Shown here piece by piece: positions 37,534 through 49,253 of a stretch of 49,253 bases of DNA (positions are counted from its first letter, which is position 1; each line of letters starts with the position of its first letter). Source of the stretch: Catajapyx aquilonaris (taxonomy: Eukaryota). The notes beneath the pieces are model-generated. The model searched no databases. It was not told the DNA's origin and was given only the letters and a program-made list of their open reading frames with translations. The stretch is taken from the NCBI GenBank assembly GCA_000934665.2, contig JYFJ02002895.1, positions 1-49,253 of the forward strand, given 5' to 3'. The position numbers were made by a program, and so were the translations under genes.

Positions 37534-39591
37534 GATATGAATTATTTACCTTGCCTATTCAGAATCCTATTAATTCAACATTCCACTATTAGATCATACG
37601 AGTGATTATTTGAGTACATTACTATAGATTATTTGAAAACATTAGAAACGGGGGGGGGGGGATGGATTTACCATGTTTGCAGCTGTATTTGTTTATTCTT
37701 TCATATCATGACTACAGGCTCTCCCCTGAATAAAGTTTTCTAGTAACATGTGAAGGTCACTCAGAGCAAGGCCCCATTGGGAGGGCAGAAGGGAAGGGTC
37801 TAGAACTGTAGATCACATTACTCATAAGAATGATACATGATGCCCCACACTTGAACTGTTGGAGAAGGATGCACTCCAATGCCTGACTGCACATGGCAGT
37901 CTTTGTATAGGGTGTACCGGGTTCCTTTAGTTATCCCTAATACCATCAAATGTAGTTACTTTTTGTAGCTTGTTGAACCCCAATCAAGGTGCCCAAATAC
38001 ATAGCAACCTGGGAATAACTGGATCAGTGTTCAACAGGTGACCAAAAAAAAAACTACTCTGGGCAATATTAGCAATTTTTAACTAAAAGCTACTGGATAC
38101 TTGGAACACCATGTATGGGCGTTTTTCTCAGTAAATCTCTGGAGGTTAACATAGTGCACCTTTGAGCACCCAGATCTTCATCAAGATCTTATGAGTGTAT
38201 CAACCTTTTGTACCCCAATAGGCTCCAAATGATCTGTTTGCTCCATATCTTGGGTTATGCCCAATATGTGGGATATATATTTTTTTTAAAATATTTTTAT
38301 TGGGGATTGTAATATTGTTCTACCAAAAAATTCACTTGATCATGACTTGAAGCGATTGACACTATCAGGTAAACAACTCCAAAGAATATTCTTTGCTTGG
38401 GGCACCACTGTCTATTGTGTTCAAATCTGTCCTTATATATTATATATACATATATGACTGACCCCCCACAACCTCACCCCATCCTTACTTCTCCCCTTTC
38501 CCCCCTGCCAGAATAATAATATAAGTTCTGATATATGAGCCAAAACAAAGTGTTTTATTTAATGTGGCATCAGAAGGTCACCTTCCTGTGACGATCATTC
38601 CGCTTTGAGCTATTTTACAAATAATAAATGTCCCACTAGGACAATCAGAGATTTTCCTATCTCACCAAGCCTTCTCTTTCTCCTCCCATTGTTTCTTCGC
38701 AGCCACCATCTTGCAGATGTTGAGGGCTTTGAAGTGATTCTTGCTATTCTTCTCATGGGACTGCAGCTGGGGGAAATGCTGTATAGTAGGCCTACCTGTG
38801 GCCTTTGAGTGCTTCGACATCATGTGATTGATGGAAGGTGTCCGGATAGGATTGACAAGGAGGGACGGTGGAGGTATACACAAAGAAGCAGAATGATGTT
38901 GAGTCCTTTGTTCAACATACACCCTGCACAATAACAATACATGTTGGGTGACCACAACGTATGTGGCGTATTCAGGGTCCACCCCTGGTTGGACATTGAT
39001 TAGGGGTACTCCCTTGGCAGTCATGGTCCTATGGAGCTCCCGTATGCTGTAGGGCATAGGAGTACATTTGTTCTGCACAAAAAATGGGAATGAATGTATA
39101 CAGGATAGTACCATCATAAACTAGGGTGACTTGGGACAGGGGTGGGACTTGGGACAGGGATGGGACTTGAGACACTGTTGCAATTTTTTCACATTGACAG
39201 GTACCTGTCCATTCTTCAGAATGGATGGTTGGACAAAGAGCATTCTGCAGACTGGACGGTTTGACATGGAGCATTCTGCGGAATTGATGGTTTGGCATAG
39301 AGCATTCTGCAGTATATGGACGTTTTTTTCGCCCAATGGCCGTTTTCGGGGTACATAATTATGTATTATTTTCAAATCCTTGAAGTCTGATTGTTTTCAT
39401 TGCCCAGTTAAAAATTAGAATAAATAAATGATGCACAGATATTACACAGGGCAACTTGGGACACTAATAAATCATAAATTAATGGACATCATAAATCATT
39501 ATCAATAATATAATCTGAAATCATGTGTAATCACCATTAAATCATAAGCCATGCACACAATCACAATTATTTATTTACAGTATTTATTTTG

Positions 39592-39880
39592 GTACCCCAT
39601 GCTAGGGCCGTGGAATACCACCATTTTTTGGGAACCATATAATATTTATATTATTTAATTGTTTCAAGGGTAAGTGGAAGGGATGTGCAAAGTCGCAATG
39701 TCGTTGCTTGGTCATTTTGTGAACTCCCCCAGGTGAGTCTAGCGGAAATTTCCACCCGAGACATAGCCAGAGATGGCCCAACTCTGCCCGAGATGAAGGG
39801 GGGAACCCCGGGTTGGGTTCGAACCCAGGACCTTAACATCCGTGGGCACATACGTTACCGCAGTGCCACTCCGCTTACCT
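39592..39880 (-). mobile_element. SINE family A with partly deleted class-1 tail
   Basis: Shares ccttggaacaattaa...ggttccaaaaaa-type linker with the 33011 copy. Confidence 0.85.
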
Positions 39881-40298
39881 GCCACAATCACCAACAATCA
39901 CAGCATTTTCTCAAGATTGGGTAGCCAGCAATGACCAGGTACATGCAGTACACCTGGCCATCTCACATGACCCATGACCACTGACCACTCTAGAGAGGAT
40001 TGTCACATCATAAATTAAGGACATAAATGAAAGGGTCTTGTTTGACTTCCCTCACAATGAGGATTTTCTGCTGTTGAGCATTCCCAGATCTTGTTGAAGC
40101 TTAATTAACCATAAGAACATCGTGGTTAATTACAGTCCACCCCAGATGTTCCTATGAGTGCATGAAATCAATTTCTGTTCTTGTAAATTGTTAATTTTTA
40201 AAATGGTTTCCTCTTTGCAATGTTTATATTGTTGCAACTACTAATGAATATACAGTATTGTGTGCTTCATTGTGTTTCTTCAGGCTGGGTTGCACCGG

Positions 40299-40376
40299 CT
40301 CCTGGAAAATTTGTCTGGCCGAAAAAGAGCCAGGATATATCCTGGCTCTTTTTCGGCCAGACAAATTTTCCAGGAG
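40299..40376. repeat. Perfect 78-bp palindrome with no spacer
   Basis: ctcctggaaaatttgtctggccgaaaaagagccaggata|tatcctggctctttttcggccagacaaattttccaggag. Confidence 0.95.
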
Positions 40377-40469
40377 GCTTGATCTCATTGAATCCAATTT
40401 TCGATGATCACCATCTGTAATGCCAAGGTAATGCATATTTCACATCGACTTTCAATCTTTGGATACATT

Positions 40470-40470
<1 letters not shown>

Positions 40471-40543
<73 letters not shown>

Positions 40544-40872
40544 CCGGGGTAGGGCTAGACCTCATCCGAGGTATGCAGCACGCGGACCTATATTTATTAT
40601 ATCAAGTACATTTGAGCCTTTTTACGTAGCGCCCGGGCCCATGGGCAGGATGACAGGAGGGGATGTGCAAGGTGCAGTGCAATGTCTTAAACGTGGCCAT
40701 TTTTAGTGAACTCCCCCGGGAGGTTTAGTCTGTGGAAATACCACCCGAGACGAAGCCAGAGGTGACCCTGAACTCTGCACGAGATGAAGGGGGTGTCCCC
40801 GGGTTGGGATCGAACCCGGGACCTTAACATCCGTGGGCGCATACATTACCGCAGCACCACTCCGCCTCCCCC
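40471..40872 (-). mobile_element. SINE family A
   Basis: TSD-like ctttgg(a/t)tacatttt; (TTA)n tail; class-2 stem-loop. Confidence 0.88.
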
Positions 40873-43646
40873 TTTGCCTTTGGTTACATTTTTAAAAGGC
40901 TACAGCTTTTTTAAAAGCTCGAAAAGGGTCTCAACTCTCAAGTCACCTTAACTCTGGTATACTTGGTTATATACAGGCAAAAGAAACTGGTGTCCCAAGT
41001 CGGTGCTAGGGGGTGTGACTTAGGACAACTGTTTTTTAAAATTTAAAATTAATTTTTCAATTTTTTGTAATTACTAACAGGCTAGAGTGTATCTACAGAT
41101 CCTAATAGAGAAGATCAAATGCATTTTTTGTGCAAAGATGGTTTAATTATCTGTAAAATCGGTAAAATATGCTAATTTCGTCCCAAGTCACCCTAGTTTA
41201 CGGGTACTAGTTTTTTTAGGTACTGTACAGTACCATAATGCGTACTCACATTTGAGTATATCAGACATCTCTCTACTGTACTTCGCGCCTACTTTCAAAA
41301 GACAAGTCATAGATTAACTTCTAAAAAGTTGCCCAATGCAGAGGGCGCACTTGATAAACCCTACTACGCCATGTGGCTGAAGCGACCATTGCGCAGAAGT
41401 TGGCAGATTCCCCCTCCTGTCCTACCCAGCGCCGCGCCGGCCAGCCGGCTCCCCTCGCCTGCCTCCTCGCAAGTAGTGCTTTTGCTCTCGCTTCGGCAGT
41501 CGCCATGTTGCAAATATGGCAAAGATTTTGAGATGATGCGCTAGTGCCACTCTCCTCTGACCATGGAGTCCATTGAGTTTGTGAGTATCTCGAATTGTTG
41601 GGTTGTGTTGGGGGCTCGGCGAGGGGCTCGGTGACGGCTGCATCGCTGCTCGTGGTACGGAGTAAATGCGAGCACATTTTCAGGCTGGGCCTAGTCATAC
41701 CTTGCATGCTGCGTTCTAATGAGTTCATTCGATACCACGCAGCGATGTATTGAGGGAAGTGGCCGACGACGTGTGTAGAGTCGAGTTTGGGATTACTGTA
41801 TGGGATGGCTCAGAGGTGTAGAACATGCGTATCAGGCAAGGTTTGTTGTGGTGGGCAGTGAACTGGCAGCTGGCCATAAAATATGGCTGAATAATTTAAC
41901 TTGCACAGTGTTGCACCACTGAAGGTAGGTGTTCTACTGAGAGTTTAGCCATAACATGTCACATTCTTGGTAGATCCTGTTCTTCAGTGATGCAGTTAGG
42001 CCTTGGTGCATATAATTTAATTATATATATATTTGACTAGTACTTTAAACACCTGATAAGTTTTGTTATTAGAGGAGTTCGTTGACTAGACTAGTTGAAT
42101 GACTAGTGGACCAAGGTGGTGTTTAGGTTATCCGGTGTATATGTCAAGGGGTAGGCTGAACAAGAACAGCATGCATGGGGCAGAAGATAAACATTGGCTC
42201 TTTTTCTGCTCCTCACCCCACTGCAACTCCATTTTTTTCATATAGGCTTCCCCCTCAGACCCCCGTAACCTTAGAGCAGCATACGAGTAGTCAGGTGGGG
42301 TTCCGCTTCACTTTAATTTTGGCGCTTGGCCTGTTACTTTAACCAACAAGCGACACACAGCAAATCTGGTGGTGGAACACGGCGAACCACAGCGGACCAA
42401 AACTCCCAAACCGCCTATTCAAATCTCGTAGGCATGGTCCCTTCGTTCCTTTGCATAACTGGGGCTTGTTCGGATCCACATTCTCATCATCTGTTCTGAA
42501 TAATAGTAATAATTTCTCCGCAGCGTAGGGGTGTTGCTTCATACACTTAGTCAATCAGCGGCCGGGTGGGACTCTGAAGATCCACGTGATAAGAGGGCTA
42601 GTTAAGCTCGAAATATTCTTTTATATGCAAAATAAGACCCCCTTTTTTGGACTCCTGATGTCATGATTGGGATTTTCGTACAAATCGCGCCCTCGTGCGT
42701 ACAGAGGAAAAAACTACGTAAAAACATAACTATCCGCCCCCTAGTGATAACTAAAAACAAAACCTGAATATGGAACAGCATGTATGTGCGTGTCAGGTGA
42801 CCCAGGGAGATTGTGGGTGGCATAACTGCAGGGTGACACACACCTTTACATGGATAGACACTGTTATCTCTGTTGTGGATTTGAAATTGCCGAAATCAGT
42901 TCTGTAGGGTGTTCCAAGGAAACTGGATTCGATAGAAAGTGCACACCTCTTCCACCACTAGCAAATACAGTTTAATTTCAAAGCAATATGGTGTTGTAGT
43001 TTGTAGCTCCATGACCTTCCACCTCTGACGGCTTTGGTTCGGTCGTGGAGATGGACACAGGACTTTCTTATATGGAGAGTTTCGATGGACTTGCTTCTTG
43101 TTCATGTGGGTTTTCTTGGACTTCTTCCTTCTGTTGCTGCAATCTAAATGCATATAAGCAGTCATTGAATCAAGTTTGGCATATTTCAGAACTACTCCAT
43201 TTTCATGGCAATAACTCAGAACCAACTGAATCCTGATTTTTGGGAGTTTCAATACATTACCCAGGATTCAGAGTAAGGGCGGACTAATTAGCCTCCCACT
43301 TGGCTGGCCAGTAGCATAGCCGCTAGACCACCGTGCCCCCCTATGTAATTCCCCTAAATGTCCATGGACCTCTGTAGTGTGTCTGTTGGATTGCTAATAC
43401 CAGTAGTTGTAGTTTGAAATTATGGCCCCCACCCAATAATTTTGACATAGTCTATAGATACCGAGCCACTGGTGCAAGTATCAAATACCCTGGCATGATT
43501 TCATTCACTGCTCTTGGTTGATGGCATTACCTGTCATTCTGACCATGTTTTTAAACTTATTTTACATTTAGCCTGGCCACAATACATGGCGGATGTCCAA
43601 TACTCTGTTTGGTCTGAAAATGACCCAGAGTCTGTACTCTGGCATA

Positions 43647-44052
43647 CAGGGTGGTCCAACTTTTTTGTCCGAACAGCTATCACACAGCTATTGACAAATT
43701 CGGCCTAAGCTGCTTATGCTGTAGTGCGTTACCTGGCAACCCCGGCCGGCGGGCTAATTCAAACATCAGCACATGGAGAGTGCTTAGTCGCACCTCTCAG
43801 AGTTGGAGTATGTGCAGGTTCTCATGGTGCTCCTCTGCCACTGGGGCCAGGTTAATTGTGTATTTTTAGAGCCCTGGAAGCTCTTGGCCGGATATGGATA
43901 TGGAATCGACAATGGAAAGAACACCACTCGTCTCCATGGGCTGATGTTTGAATTGGCCCGCCGGCCGGGGTTGCCAGGTAACTCACTACAACATAAGCAG
44001 CTTAGGCCGAATTTGTCAATAGCTGTTCGGACAAAAAAGTTGGACCACCCTG
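43647..44052. mobile_element. Tc1/mariner MITE with ~135-bp TIRs
   Basis: TA|cagggtggtccaacttttttgtccgaacagctat...atagctgttcggacaaaaaagttggaccaccctg|TA. Confidence 0.88.
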
Positions 44053-44198
44053 TATAAGGTCTTCCTATTTTTTCTTTTTTTCTTGTATGCACTTGAGGAG
44101 TAACACCATTTCCCTGCATGTATTTAGTGGTTAGTCATATATTACTGTGAGAGCTTCAAATGCCAGGTTTGGTTGGTAATATGGAAATTGGTAAATTA

Positions 44199-46495
44199 CA
44201 CTGGCCAACAAATTTTTGTGGCATTGATGCCAGCACTTGTTCTTACCTAATTCGAGCGTGCTGAATCCAAATCTGATGTTAGTTTTTCTCGATAAGCTCC
44301 AGATTTAGAACTGTGGTTCGTTCCTTTGCCTATGCTGTACCTGTGCCCAAGGAACAGTGAATAGGCCGTAGGCCAGGAAGCGCAATACTCGATGCGCGGG
44401 AAAAAAGTGTTGTCGTCACGAGCCTGTGTGACGTCACCTGGTTCACCTCTTGTTTTGCTCCCAACGCAAAGCTAATGGGATCACGCCTACAGACGGGGAA
44501 TGTGGCGCTTTACGGCCCTATGTATGACTACAGATTTATCGCATATTTTTTTCAATGAACCTATGGTGATCAGGAATTTGGCAAACTACTTTTCGTTTGT
44601 TATTCTATGAAATAAACAATTTTAAATTACAATAAAAGAAACCCCCCCATCGATTGCCTCGGGGCATTCAATGATATTCAATGATGGAATTCATGGCTTA
44701 TCGACAGGCAAATATCACGCTACCCTTTTCATATTGTATTATACACTGTACTCCAGATTATCCGGGCTAATGACTGCACGGGTGTTGCGCTGTTGCCGGA
44801 TAATCGGAAAACAGTCATAAACACCCCAAAATTCAGCCATTCACAGGTTTTTAATGTGCTACTGTTCGTCATAGTGTATAGGCTGTTTTAACTCCGGAAT
44901 AATCAAAATAATGAAACTTAACATATGTTTTAAATATGTCTTCTAGAAAAAGCCGGTCTTATATGGTATTTCTTAGTTTGCGAGACATATTGACATTGTC
45001 TGAGACTTTTCTTCTTTGAATTTCATTTTTTGGTGATACACGAATAATCCGCACCCGGATAATTGGTATTACAGTGTATATACTGTATGTTACATATAAT
45101 AATTATTTATATACAGTATGTTACAGCATATGCATACTGGCATTTAGTTTGAATTTTAAGAGCATTTACCGCGATGAGGAAAATTAGCTACGAAAGGATG
45201 TGCAAAATAGGGGACAAATTGCTCCCAGCTCTTCGAAAATAGCACTTTCTCAGACTTTCTATCGGAAGCGCGGTATAAAAGTCCAGTGTAAGTGATTGAA
45301 AGGAGCTGAAGAGAAGCGGTGACGAGTAGCCTATATGTGTGCATGTTGATGTAGGGTGGGCCTTTGACAGGATAAATGTGTACGGTGAGTCAATTAAATC
45401 CACCCTTTTCGCCAAATATAATACCCGTACTTATTTTGCCGTTGTACCCTCTCGCAAACGACGCTAAATATTTCTTAAAGGTGCGAACGAAAAGTAGAAG
45501 TAAATTATTTGTGGCCATTGTTACGGCACGTCACCAGAGGACGAACTATTTGCACGTCAACAGCGGTAGGCTAACAAGTTCACTGGGAATTTCATCCCTA
45601 ACAGCTGAACTCCATTCATCTACCATTGTTATTGGTGCTCGTCTTAAACATCCTGTCTTTGTTCGTTCAGTTTCTCCTGAAGCAGGAGAGCAGCAATCAT
45701 ATGTTTTCAAAATAAAATAAAACTATCCTATTATGTATGGAAGAAAGCTCTGCACCTGATTCTACGACTTTATGAAGATGGTGAAGGAATGGGCCGTAAC
45801 TTTTATGCTGTTGCATGGTGATTCCGTGAGCAGGAAGCCCGGCGCAATAAGAACTTGGCGGAAAGTGTTTGAAGGAAAATATCCTCACACCCAAAAGAAC
45901 GCCATTTGCATTACATTTTCGGACAAGAACATTTGAACCGCATCCAGAACCGTCGGTTAAAACAACAAAAACGGGAACGCGATCAAAACACACCAGAAAG
46001 GGGCTGCCATCTATAGAAGTCCGCGTGATTCCTCCCAGCCCTTTTGAACTGCCGCGACTGCCAGTGAACTGGTCGCGTCATCCGCGGGGGAGCCAATCAG
46101 AGGACAGAATGAGCATTGCTCATCCTGTGTATATTCTGTAATCTTTGCCTCTGCCCGCGTAAAGGCAAAAGTGGCCCTTTTGGGAAGATGGCTCGAAGCT
46201 CTATATAGGGAGGTTGGTTTGGCACATTTAACACATTTGACATGAAAGGGCTATGGTTATGATAGATGATAGTTAAGCCTAATTCTCAAGCTAACCCTAA
46301 TGTAAATAGCAAGGGGTGTCCTTTATTGCGAAAATCACAAGTTTCAACTTGCATGAAAACTATAGCTTGGAGAGGAAAACTGATTTAAGATTTGAAATCA
46401 GCGTTGAAAAAATACTTAGAATCAGTTGAAAAATCTCATGCATCAGATTTTTTGTTCTTCTCTTCTTCTTCTTCTTTTTTTTTTTTTGGCCAGTG
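44199..46495. mobile_element. Chapaev3-like non-autonomous element with nested insertions
   Basis: TTA|cactggccaa...ttggccagtg|TTA; subterminal inverted gctgaatccaaatct / agatttgaaatcagc. Confidence 0.55.
44744..45076. mobile_element. pogo-like MITE (same family as 26477-27110, opposite orientation)
   Basis: TA|cactgtactccagattatccgg...ccggataattggtattacagtg|TA. Confidence 0.75.
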
Positions 46496-46661
46496 TTATC
46501 AGAACGGGGTATCCTAGGTGTAGGAAAGCCATGCGTGAGTATCTGAATGCAGGCTCCCCAGGTTTCTAGTGACATAAACGTAGGCATATAAAAATGTGTG
46601 AGTTTCACATAAATGTATTTCCTTGTGGCAGGATTTAAAGGGTCGACTTTGTAACAGATTA

Positions 46662-46990
46662 TAATTGGTGTAGTGCATACCCTCACAAGGGTTTCGCACG
46701 GACCTTTATTTTCCTCATCAAGGATATACAGTTTTGTCTCGACGAAGTGCCTGGGTCCGTTGGCAGGGTGACTGGGAGGGGATGTACGAGGTACAGTGTA
46801 ATGTTGTTACCGTGGTCATTTTGTGAACTCCCCCGGGTGGTTAGTCTAGCGGAAATCCCACCCGAGACAAAGCCTGAGATGACCCTGAACTCCACATGAG
46901 ATGAATGGGGGAATGCCCAGGCATGGGATCGAACCCTGGACCCTTTTATCCATGGGTGCACACATTACCGTAGCGCCACTCCGCTTCCCC
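46662..46990 (-). mobile_element. SINE family A
   Basis: TSD ctttgta(a/t)cagattat; class-2 tail. Confidence 0.85.
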
Positions 46991-47702
46991 TCTTTGTATC
47001 AGATTATTGTACCTAATACTTTGCTGTTTGCTGCATCAGGTCCCATCATGAGGGAATTATGCATTCATAAAACGATGTTTTTGTGAGATAAAGACTAATC
47101 TTTGAAAAGAATGAGATTGTGTTTTGGGCTCAATGTAGAGGACCAATGTAGTAAAGGTTCAGTAACCCTCTGCCTGATTGACCTGCAACCTGACCTTGGC
47201 GAAAAATATCACGCAGTTGGCGGAAATACTCTTGAACATGCAAATCACAAACATCTCCTAAGACTAGATATGGTCTAAAGAAATTTCCATCAAGGTGATA
47301 CCAATGAATAAATAAATAAATTATGTGGTTGTATGATCATGCAACCAACAGCGGGAGACATAGGGTTAAACCGCTATTGTTTTCTATTCTGGAACATTGG
47401 CAGGGGGGTTGAAAAGTGTGTTGCCAATGTACCATAACACGCATGCCACCATGTTGACTGCTTAGTCCTCAGATAATGGAGTGGATGTGAAGGCACATTT
47501 TATTGTAAAATTTACAGCCACTCATTCATTTCGATTATTATATCAGTCATGCTCAAATAAAGTAGGTAAATAAGGCAGGATCATCCTTTTGCTATGGTGG
47601 CATACATCATCAATGCCTCAATTTGTTATATTTTTTTTTCATGTGTCTTATCTGAGTGTACCCTGATTAAACTGAGTACTCTACCCCAAATATTCTTTCC
47701 AG

Positions 47703-48330
47703 GAGTTTGAGTTCCTAGATTACTCAAACATAACTGAGGAGGAATACCAGCGCATACAACGCATCTTGTTTTCTGACAAGCACAGAAGTGATGTATGTGC
47801 ACGAAACAAGGTTGATGTGGAAATCGCCACAGGTGGATGGGCTGCCCAAGAAAGTGATGCCCACGTCACTCAAGGAAGGTGGATGGAAGGTGAAGGTCTG
47901 TATATTTACCTCTTTCATTCCCATTCGACTAGATGTAGGTATGCACTAACGTTTTTTTCGTTTTTTTTCCCCCCTTATTTAAAAAGGTGCACAGACTTCC
48001 CCCTACTTCGTTATGCCACCTCAAGAAGGTGGCTTGCATAGCCAGGTGCTGACTCAACCTCAATCAAGCATCAATGAAGCAGCCCCGATGTACCCAATGG
48101 CTCAGATTTCTCCAGGATTGTACGTGAACAGTGGCTCACCCAACATACACAGCGTACCTGTGCCAGGCTATCCAACCCACATAGCACCACTCAGCCATCC
48201 CCCTCCTCCCTTCAGCACACAAGAGAATGCTTCACAGTACTCACCAGGAGGCCGCATGACATGCGGCAAGGCAGATGAGGAAAAGGCCACTGACTATAAG
48301 CGACCATCAGGATATGATACGTATAGAGCG
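47703..48330 (+). CDS. Two internal coding exons of an unidentified gene (Pro/Ser-rich)
   Basis: Exon 47703-47889 (or -47895): EFEFLDYSNITEEEYQRIQRILFSDK...; exon 47987-48330: GAQTSPYFVMPPQEGG...YDTYRA|gtgagt. Phase-1 join is open; strong pyrimidine tract before 47987. Confidence 0.6.
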
Positions 48331-49253
48331 GTGAGTAGTTGCAGCTTACACACAGCTTCATAAATTTTGGAACTTGGACAGTGGAGTATGATACCCATGG
48401 AAAATAATGTCTCGCGAAAACCGCAGTGTCATTGTTTCTGACAGTGAGTCAAATCTAGGCCTATATCCAGGTGCAACTAATTATTTTCAACATCCAGAAA
48501 TACCTACATGGTCCAAATTCATAAAGAAAAATGCTTCTCCAATCCAAAAACAACCAACATCACCTTGACCTTTGACTGACTGATCTGTGCCTCTTTTGGT
48601 CTAGGACAGGGCTATTCAATTGGCGGACCACAATGATATGCAGGACAGTTTGAAGTAGCGTTAGAAATTACTAATTCATGATTTTTTTTTGGAAAAAGTG
48701 CTACCAATTTCATCAAATACACCCATTCAAATCTCCTGCGTTCACCTAAGCTCATGTGACCTTGAACCCCCAAAAAATTTACCCGCCCCTTTATGGCTTG
48801 TTCACCTTGTGCTTATGAAATGGGCCCCCCTCCGAAATTTTTTCTGCCTACGCGCCTGTACAGGACATCGTAAAAGTCGAAAATGTCTTAACCCTTTCAT
48901 GCCCGAATATTTTGGGCCGTTTCTTCTCTTTTTGAGAAAAGTTTGTAGTAGGCCTAGGATATTAATAAAAAACAATATGCTTAAATATTTATCATTTTTA
49001 CCCGTGGTGGTCTTTTGGAATGTAAAATGCCAAAAACATTCACCTACAGGGTGTTCCAGAAAATTTTAAAATGCAATTAACTTTAAATGTAATTTAATTA
49101 ATTTTAAATTTTAAAATCACTAAAATTGTTACTATGGTTACATAATAATACTAAAACCAAAGTATATAGAAGCCTACAGGTAGCGCCATAACGGATCGGG
49201 CCAATTATAGCGCAGCGGTAGTGACGTCACCGGGATGACAAAATTTCCCGCCA

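Larger units (their letters stand above)
39111..41204. mobile_element. Non-autonomous TIR transposon (pogo/Tc1-like) hosting two SINE A copies and a palindrome
   Basis: TIR taaactagggtgacttgggac / gtcccaagtcaccctagttta; subterminal gacttgggaca repeats at both ends. Confidence 0.7.

Overview
Eukaryotic, intron-rich, TE-dense animal genomic DNA, probably arthropod (inferred from the repeat types; no CRISPR, rRNA or bona fide tRNA seen). Genes reconstructed by hand from splice signals: (1) a ~10-finger C2H2 zinc-finger gene (+, ~150/317-4209); (2) a disabled mitochondrial D-lactate dehydrogenase (LDHD-like) pseudogene (+, 12759-16165) with stops, frameshifts and a hAT insertion inside an exon; (3) a candidate 55-aa two-exon microprotein gene (+, 19991-20305); (4) a five-exon, 436-aa gene of unrecognised family (-, 24884-21000) carrying 11 tandem 10-aa repeats, 10 of which contain a psi-K-x-E SUMO consensus; (5) a single-exon-CDS MATH/BTB SPOP-like gene (+, 31472-32467); (6) two internal exons of a further gene (+, 47703-48330). 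The rest is nested mobile DNA: a 5'-truncated LINE with a Helitron in its (TTA)n tail, at least five tRNA-derived SINE families, and hAT, Tc1/mariner, Harbinger-like and Chapaev3-like non-autonomous elements, plus several palindromes. The most unusual signal is in the SINE 3' ends. Unrelated SINE families share two classes of 3' stem-loop whose inner stem sequence varies between copies while base pairing is kept, and one family carries either class, suggesting a modular, swappable LINE-recognition tail system. All family assignments come from motif recall, not database searches.
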